Shown here piece by piece: positions 4,563-8,785 of a DNA stretch of 8,785 nucleotides (the first letter of the stretch is position 1; the number at the start of each line of letters is the position of its first letter). The position numbers and the translations under genes were made by a program. The notes beneath the pieces are model-generated. The model was not told where the DNA came from and ran no database searches. It saw nothing but the letters and a program-made list of their open reading frames with translations. The stretch lies in IMG/VR virus record IMGVR_UViG_3300014026_000115, positions 1-8,785 of that record. One strand, written 5' to 3'. Source of the DNA: a virus.

Positions 4563-4685
4563 ATGTTTACTATTACTGGCGTTGCTTCATTTGATTATTT
4601 TGCTAGCATATTTATCTATTTCTTATTTATATCATTTCCATTTTCACTTTGTATAAGCATCTTAGCTAAGAAATTGATTAAGTAG
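4563..4685 (+). CDS. Small hydrophobic protein (40 aa); candidate minor virion or assembly protein
   Basis: Not in the track. The ATG at 4563 is preceded by AAGGTG (4551-4556). Translation: MFTITGVASFDYFASIFIYFLFISFPFSLCISILAKKLIK. It has a hydrophobic core and a basic C-terminus, and it ends 8 nt before the pIII-like start. Confidence 0.5.
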   Translation: MFTITGVASFDYFASIFIYFLFISFPFSLCISILAKKLIK

Positions 4686-4693
4686 GCCTTATC

Positions 4694-6025
4694 ATGCCTA
4701 TCCTAAAATCTTTAATCCTTTTACTTTTTCTTTCCGTTTTGGTCTTTGCTGAATCATATACTATTGTTTCTAATCCTTATCAACGTGAATTTGAAAAGAC
4801 AAATTTGGAGCCTGTAAGCTCTGATTTATTTAGGTTTTTAAAGGGCGATAGTTATGTATATTATAAAATTCGTGACGCTTTCCCCGATGTTTATTATTTT
4901 AATATTGATACTGGTATGACTGGCGGCGTTTATAAACATAGCAACGGTTACTTTTATCTTGAATCTAGCCCCTCTTTTAAATCTGTTTGCGGTAGGCCTC
5001 GAACTTATGATTCTTTTACTTTTCGTGATTGTGACTCTACAAATCCCCCTGACGGCAACTGGTGGTTTTCTATTTCTGCTCGTAAAGCTAATAAGTATAT
5101 TTTTAATGAAGTAGGCACTTGTAAAATCGATGAGGATTTTAACTCGGTTACTGGTCAGTGTCAAAAATGCCCTAGTGGTCAAACATGGAATCCAAAAACA
5201 AATAGTTGTTTTACTGATTGCACCGATAAAAACAAAAATAAATGGGGTTTTACAGATGGTTCTTGTGCTGATTGTAGCGGCGAAAATGATTCTAACGGCG
5301 TTAAGAAATGTTATTGTAATTTTATAGGCACAAGTCCTATGTTGCAAGAGGTTGAATTAATTAAAGGTAATTTTCGTCTTACTGGTTGCCAGAATGGCTC
5401 TCAGTTTTGGTATAAAGTACCTGGCACTCCAGATTCTGACGATAATAAAACTAAGCCTGATGATCCAAAGCCTGATGATCCTAATACTCCTAATCCTGGT
5501 GGTGGTAATTCTGGTGGTGGAAATTCTGGTGGTGGAAATTCTGGTGGTGGAAATTCGGGCGGAGGTAATTCTAACACTGATCCAAAACCTAACCCTAAGC
5601 CTGATGGTCCTAAACCTGATCCTAAGCCTGATAATGGAAATAATGACAATAAGGGTAAAGACCCTAAATTTAGTTCTGGTGATTTTAATTATGACAACCT
5701 TAAAAAAAATGAAGAAGGCTTGACAGGTAAATATATGGGGGCTATTGGTGATACTTTAAAGAATTTTGACGGCTTCAAAAATGGCGTCGATCAGTTTATT
5801 GATAACGTTAAAGGTAGAGGATTAAGCGATGTTTCTAAACAAAGCGTTCCTAAAACTTGTTCCCATAAAGAAACGATTGATTTTTTCGGACATACTATAA
5901 CTATGGATTTTGACTTTTGTAAGATTATTTCGCCTGCTTCTGGTGCTTTTTACTATCTTTTTTATGTGTTTTTCTTTGGCTGCTTTTTGTTTTTGATTAT
6001 TAAGCTTTTAATATTTACATTTTAG
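4694..6025 (+). CDS. Minor coat / adsorption protein (pIII-like)
   Basis: 443 aa. The signal peptide is MPILKSLILLLFLSVLVFA. The N-terminal region is Cys-rich (13 Cys, including CQKCPSGQTWNPKTNSC and CADCSGENDSNGVKKCYC). A Pro/Asp-rich plus (GGGNS)x5 plus PKPxP linker follows. The C-terminal domain ends in a hydrophobic anchor (GAFYYLFYVFFFGCFLFLIIKLLIFTF). Domain logic and position (after the coat gene, before the pVI-like and pI-like genes) match g3p of Ff phages. Confidence 0.8.
   Translation: MPILKSLILLLFLSVLVFAESYTIVSNPYQREFEKTNLEPVSSDLFRFLKGDSYVYYKIRDAFPDVYYFNIDTGMTGGVYKHSNGYFYLESSPSFKSVCGRPRTYDSFTFRDCDSTNPPDGNWWFSISARKANKYIFNEVGTCKIDEDFNSVTGQCQKCPSGQTWNPKTNSCFTDCTDKNKNKWGFTDGSCADCSGENDSNGVKKCYCNFIGTSPMLQEVELIKGNFRLTGCQNGSQFWYKVPGTPDSDDNKTKPDDPKPDDPNTPNPGGGNSGGGNSGGGNSGGGNSGGGNSNTDPKPNPKPDGPKPDPKPDNGNNDNKGKDPKFSSGDFNYDNLKKNEEGLTGKYMGAIGDTLKNFDGFKNGVDQFIDNVKGRGLSDVSKQSVPKTCSHKETIDFFGHTITMDFDFCKIISPASGAFYYLFYVFFFGCFLFLIIKLLIFTF
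5498..5572 (+). repeat. Five tandem 15-bp coding repeats (GGTGGTGGWAATTCN) encoding (GGGNS)x5
   Basis: The units are at 5498-5512, 5513-5527, 5528-5542, 5543-5557 and 5558-5572. Units 2 and 3 are identical, unit 4 differs from them at one position, and units 1 and 5 are more diverged. They are preceded by two tandem copies of AAGCCTGATGATCC (5453-5466 and 5468-5481) encoding KPDDP twice. Confidence 0.9.
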
Positions 6026-6034
6026 GGTTTATTA

Positions 6035-6454
6035 ATGCAAGCTATATTTAGTTTAATCGGTTTTATTTTTGGCTTCAATACCTGGAAAGAAGTTGTTGCA
6101 AGCGTTAGGCGTATTGTAACGTTTGGCGCTATGGTTGTTGTTAATACTGCTCTTGTGATTATGCTTTTTGCTTATGGTGCTGCCGTATTATCTCTTTTGC
6201 TTTTTGTTTATAACAAAACTAATCAATTTATATCATATTTGAGTAATTTAACCTCTGGCGGTAGTAATGAAATTTTAGCTTGGGCTATGGATATTTTTAG
6301 GGCTCTTGGCGTTTGGAATGCCTTTGTTGATGCCTATAACGTCTTTTCCGTTCCTATTGTTTCCATTATTACTATTTATGGCATGCGTTTAGGTCTTAAT
6401 GTTTTCCATTCTCTACAAAATACGCTTATGGCGTATTCTATCGCAAAGCTCTAA
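6035..6454 (+). CDS. Hydrophobic minor coat / assembly protein (pVI-like by position)
   Basis: 139 aa with multiple hydrophobic helices (IFSLIGFIFGF, FGAMVVVNTALVIMLFAYGAAVLSLLLFVY, VPIVSIITIYGM). It sits between the pIII-like and Zot/pI-like genes, as gVI does in Ff and ace does in CTXphi. The assignment is positional and compositional only. Confidence 0.65.
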   Translation: MQAIFSLIGFIFGFNTWKEVVASVRRIVTFGAMVVVNTALVIMLFAYGAAVLSLLLFVYNKTNQFISYLSNLTSGGSNEILAWAMDIFRALGVWNAFVDAYNVFSVPIVSIITIYGMRLGLNVFHSLQNTLMAYSIAKL

Positions 6455-6457
6455 CCC

Positions 6458-7606
6458 ATGATAACCTATATAGTCGGCAATCCAGGCTCCGGAAAATCCT
6501 ATTTTGCTGTATATAAGCTTTGGTATATGTTTATCTATAATCCAAAGCCCGCTAAAGGCATTTTAGGTAAAATTTTTAAGCCTAAACTTCCTGAAAACAA
6601 ATATCTCTACGCCTATACTAATATCAATGAATTTAAGTTCGAGCTTGATGAGCGACTGTTAAAATTTGACTATGATGAAATTTACGCCAACCTCGCAAAG
6701 CTCTATAACGCTTACAAGGTAGAAAAAAAGACCGATAAGGAGCTGATCGAGCTAGCTAAAGAAATGAGGCTTTATAAGGTTCTTTTTGTCGTTGATGAAA
6801 TTCACAACTATTTTAAGGCCAAAGAGGATCCGGTTCTCGTCTGGTGGGTTACTTATCACAGACACCTTTATCAAGACCTTTTATTTATTACCCAGGATTT
6901 AAGCCTCGTAAACAATGAATACAAGCGCGTAGCCGAGAAGTTTTACCGCGCGATAGATAGCTCTAAACGTCTATTCTCTAAGCGTTTTAAATACGCTTAT
7001 TTTACTTCTTATAAGATGTATCAATCTGACCGGGTCAATAATTTTAATATAAATTTGCCTTTTAATCAGGAAGTTTTTAATCTCTATCATTCCGGCCAGG
7101 ACAGCAAGAGTAAATCGGTAGTTAAATTTTTTATGGTCGCTGGCCTTATTATCTCTCTTTTAAGCGTGTTCGCGTTTATTTACGTATTTAATACCTTTTT
7201 CGCCGTTCCCGACGAATATGCGACTACTCCGTCTGAAAATTTAACCTCGCAAGTTTCAACGACTTCTGCTGCTTCGTCTAGGGCTTCTTTGCCGTCTAAT
7301 ACTTCCAAATCTGACGAGCCTATCGAGGCTGCTTATATTTACGAGATCGTTTGCGTTGCCGATAGCTGCCGTTTTAAAGGCGGTTCGGGTTCTTTCCCTT
7401 ATACCTATGTATCTTTTGTTATTTCAAGCCATAAGCCCGCCTATTTTTACTCTACTACGAAAAATAAGCATTATGTTGAATATTATCTTGTTTTTAAATC
7501 CCCGGTGCTTGATACTATCAAGCTTGCTTCATTTCAAAAATCTAATAAAGGTGCTCTTTATGAAAACTCTCAAGAAAATTCTAATTCTAATTCTTTGTTT
7601 AAGTAG
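6458..7606 (+). CDS. zot: Zot-like / pI-like filamentous-phage assembly ATPase
   Basis: 382 aa. An N-terminal P-loop, IVGNPGSGKSYFAV (Walker A), starts at residue 5. The Walker B-like motif is VLFVVDEIHNYF. A central TM helix (FFMVAGLIISLLSVFAFIYVF) starts around residue 224. A Ser/Thr-rich periplasmic C-terminal domain follows. This is the topology of Zot/gpI proteins, and the gene sits directly upstream of a secretin gene. Confidence 0.85.
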   Translation: MITYIVGNPGSGKSYFAVYKLWYMFIYNPKPAKGILGKIFKPKLPENKYLYAYTNINEFKFELDERLLKFDYDEIYANLAKLYNAYKVEKKTDKELIELAKEMRLYKVLFVVDEIHNYFKAKEDPVLVWWVTYHRHLYQDLLFITQDLSLVNNEYKRVAEKFYRAIDSSKRLFSKRFKYAYFTSYKMYQSDRVNNFNINLPFNQEVFNLYHSGQDSKSKSVVKFFMVAGLIISLLSVFAFIYVFNTFFAVPDEYATTPSENLTSQVSTTSAASSRASLPSNTSKSDEPIEAAYIYEIVCVADSCRFKGGSGSFPYTYVSFVISSHKPAYFYSTTKNKHYVEYYLVFKSPVLDTIKLASFQKSNKGALYENSQENSNSNSLFK

Positions 7607-8702
7607 CTTTGCCAAAGCTGAAACTATTTACACCGATTTACTAAATTTCGCCGAGCTTGCGAGTAAATTTAATAATATCGCTATCGTTACAGATGACAGT
7701 ATCGACGACAATTACTATTATTTCATTTACCAGCACGATACAAATTTAACCCTTGCTATGTTTAGAAAAATGCTTGAATCTAAGGGCTTATTTCTCTATA
7801 AAAAGGACAATTTTTACTATATTACGGATAAAAAGCTGCCCGATTACGATTTAAGGCGCATTGATCTTAGTAATTACATTGTTGAGGACGTTCGCCGAAT
7901 AATGGCAAATTTTGAGCTAAATGCGACTTATTCCACGACTTCAAATTCTGTATTCTTTCGCGCCGATGACGTAGCATACGAGCAAATAAAGCAAGCCGTG
8001 GCTTCTATTGATAAGCCTCTGGAGCAAGTAGAATTTAAGCTCACTATAACCGAGACAAATTTAAAAGACATCAAAGACCGCGGCGCAAAACTTCAAAGCC
8101 TGCTTAAGCCGCTAAATCACGGCGATTTAGCTTATTATATAAATCTTATTACTTCGCCTTACACTACTAATTCAAACGTTGTAAGAAACGATAGCGAGGG
8201 CTTTTTCGGCGTCTTAAATTTCCTCGATACAAACGGCTTAACGAAAATCATATCTAGCCCTTTTTTGACTGCTAAAAATCACACTGAAGTTAATTTCTCT
8301 GCCGTTCAAAACATTCCTTATTTAGTTCAAAATAGCCAAACCTCGGCTACCCAGACGACGACTCAAAATTCATACGAATACAAAGACGTTGGATTAAAAA
8401 TCACTCTTAAACCGGTTATTCTTAAAGATCACGTTGATTTTGACTTACATCTTATCCTCGAGGACTTACTTTCATCTAGCAATACATTAACGCCTATTAC
8501 AAGCAAAAAGGAGCTTAAAAGCTCTTATTCTCTCAAACGCGGCGATATTTTAGTTTTATCAGGCATTAACAAAACCACTACACAAAAACAGCGTAACGGC
8601 ATTCCCATTTTAAAAGACATTTTCATTCTTAAGTATCTCTTTTCCGTCGAACAAGACCAGGACATCAATTCCGTAGTTACTTTGACTATCCAAGTTATCT
8701 AA
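7560..8702 (+). CDS. Secretin (pIV-like, GspD/PulD superfamily)
   Basis: The start is set at the ATG at 7560, with an AAGGTG Shine-Dalgarno at 7548-7553. This gives the signal peptide MKTLKKILILILCLSSFAKA. The 68 extra codons in the track lie inside the zot reading region and look non-protein-like. The C-terminal secretin-domain pattern reads YEYKDVGLKITLKPVILKDHVDFDLHL ... LKRGDILVLSGIN ... NGIPILKDIFILKYLF ... LTIQVI. The gene overlaps the zot 3' end by 47 nt. Confidence 0.85.
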   Translation: MKTLKKILILILCLSSFAKAETIYTDLLNFAELASKFNNIAIVTDDSIDDNYYYFIYQHDTNLTLAMFRKMLESKGLFLYKKDNFYYITDKKLPDYDLRRIDLSNYIVEDVRRIMANFELNATYSTTSNSVFFRADDVAYEQIKQAVASIDKPLEQVEFKLTITETNLKDIKDRGAKLQSLLKPLNHGDLAYYINLITSPYTTNSNVVRNDSEGFFGVLNFLDTNGLTKIISSPFLTAKNHTEVNFSAVQNIPYLVQNSQTSATQTTTQNSYEYKDVGLKITLKPVILKDHVDFDLHLILEDLLSSSNTLTPITSKKELKSSYSLKRGDILVLSGINKTTTQKQRNGIPILKDIFILKYLFSVEQDQDINSVVTLTIQVI

Positions 8703-8717
8703 TCTAAATTTTGTGTC

Positions 8718-8761
8718 GTGCGGCGCGTAGCGTGGGAGCAAGGGTTCCCGCGCCGCCGCAC
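8718..8761. repeat. GC-rich imperfect hairpin just after the secretin stop (candidate ori, packaging-signal or att-type structure)
   Basis: GTGCGGCGCG (8718-8727) pairs with CGCGCCGCCGCAC (8749-8761), a 10-bp stem with a 3-nt GCC bulge. An inner GGGA/TCCC pairing is possible. GTGCGG recurs directly at 8771-8776. No T tract follows, so it is not a canonical terminator. Confidence 0.5.
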
Positions 8762-8785
8762 ATAACCAGGGTGCGGGGGAGCCGC

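Larger units (their letters stand above)
1716..8785. mobile_element. Integrated filamentous-phage (Inoviridae-like) prophage. The left junction is at the tRNA-fMet fragment; the right end is not defined within the window.
   Basis: An orphan tRNA 3' fragment lies at 1671-1715 and composition changes abruptly beside it. Gene order resembles Ff/CTXphi: divergent HTH regulator, small proteins, major coat, adsorption protein, pVI-like, Zot/pI-like ATPase, secretin. No integrase, Rep or second att copy is visible, so the element either continues past 8785 or ends near 8703, where GC rises sharply. Confidence 0.7.

Noticed and set aside
5453-5572. The short tandem repeat tract as a CRISPR-like or non-coding array
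   Set aside because: The repeats are 15 bp, contiguous with no spacers, in frame and inside a long ORF. They encode a Gly-rich interdomain linker analogous to the one in Ff g3p.
4838-5723. ORFs 4838-5347 (minus), 5130-5327 (plus), 5394-5723 (plus) and 5401-5649 (minus) inside the pIII-like gene
   Set aside because: They are alternative-frame or antisense readings of the pIII-like gene. The 5394-5723 and 5401-5649 products are just the Gly/Pro repeat tract read in other frames (LVVEILVVE and PPPEFPPPEF). The pIII frame has a signal peptide, a domain structure and a C-terminal anchor.
7356-7559. The 68-codon N-terminal extension of the secretin ORF given in the track
   Set aside because: The extension lies entirely within the zot coding region in another frame. 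It starts at a non-ATG codon (TTG) and gives no signal peptide. The internal ATG at 7560 has an AAGGTG Shine-Dalgarno and yields a canonical signal peptide.
8699-8785. A convergent minus-strand ORF entering from the right edge (AAPPHPGYVRRRGNPCSHATRRTTQNLD, stop at 8699-8701)
   Set aside because: Only 28 codons are visible. The peptide is Arg/Pro-rich and coincides with a strong hairpin, so it looks like a by-product of GC-rich structured DNA. It cannot be formally excluded without the flanking sequence.

Overview
This window holds a chromosome-to-prophage junction in a Campylobacter-like (Campylobacterota) genome. The host assignment rests only on my recollection of RibBA sequences and on AT-rich codon usage. 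Positions 1-467 (minus strand) are the GC-rich 5' part of ribB/ribBA. Positions 468-1166 have host-like GC but no intact ORF. Positions 1167-1610 (minus) encode a membrane-anchored protein with a PD-(D/E)XK-like nuclease motif pattern. Positions 1671-1715 (minus) are an orphan 45-nt 3' fragment of an initiator-type tRNA-Met, which is the classic footprint of site-specific integration. Composition changes right of it. Positions 1775-2798 are a very AT-rich minus-strand cassette of three genes: an HTH regulator and two membrane or secreted unknowns. It is divergently arranged from a plus-strand operon (3022-8702) whose order matches Ff-type filamentous phages. That operon encodes two tandem paralogous small proteins in the gV position and a 75-aa acidic protein, then a pVIII-like major coat protein. 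Next come three small hydrophobic ORFs absent from the supplied track, followed by a pIII-like adsorption protein with Cys-rich and Gly/Pro-repeat linkers. The operon ends with a pVI-like protein, a Zot/pI-like assembly ATPase and a pIV-like secretin. The divergent region carries operator-like dyads and overlapping GC-rich hairpins. A GC-rich hairpin region follows the secretin, where Ff phages have their intergenic ori/packaging region. No rolling-circle Rep and no integrase is visible in the window. The least explained parts are the AT-rich three-gene cassette, the paralog pair, the small ORFs and the structured non-coding DNA. All functional calls are based on motifs and synteny. No database search was possible.
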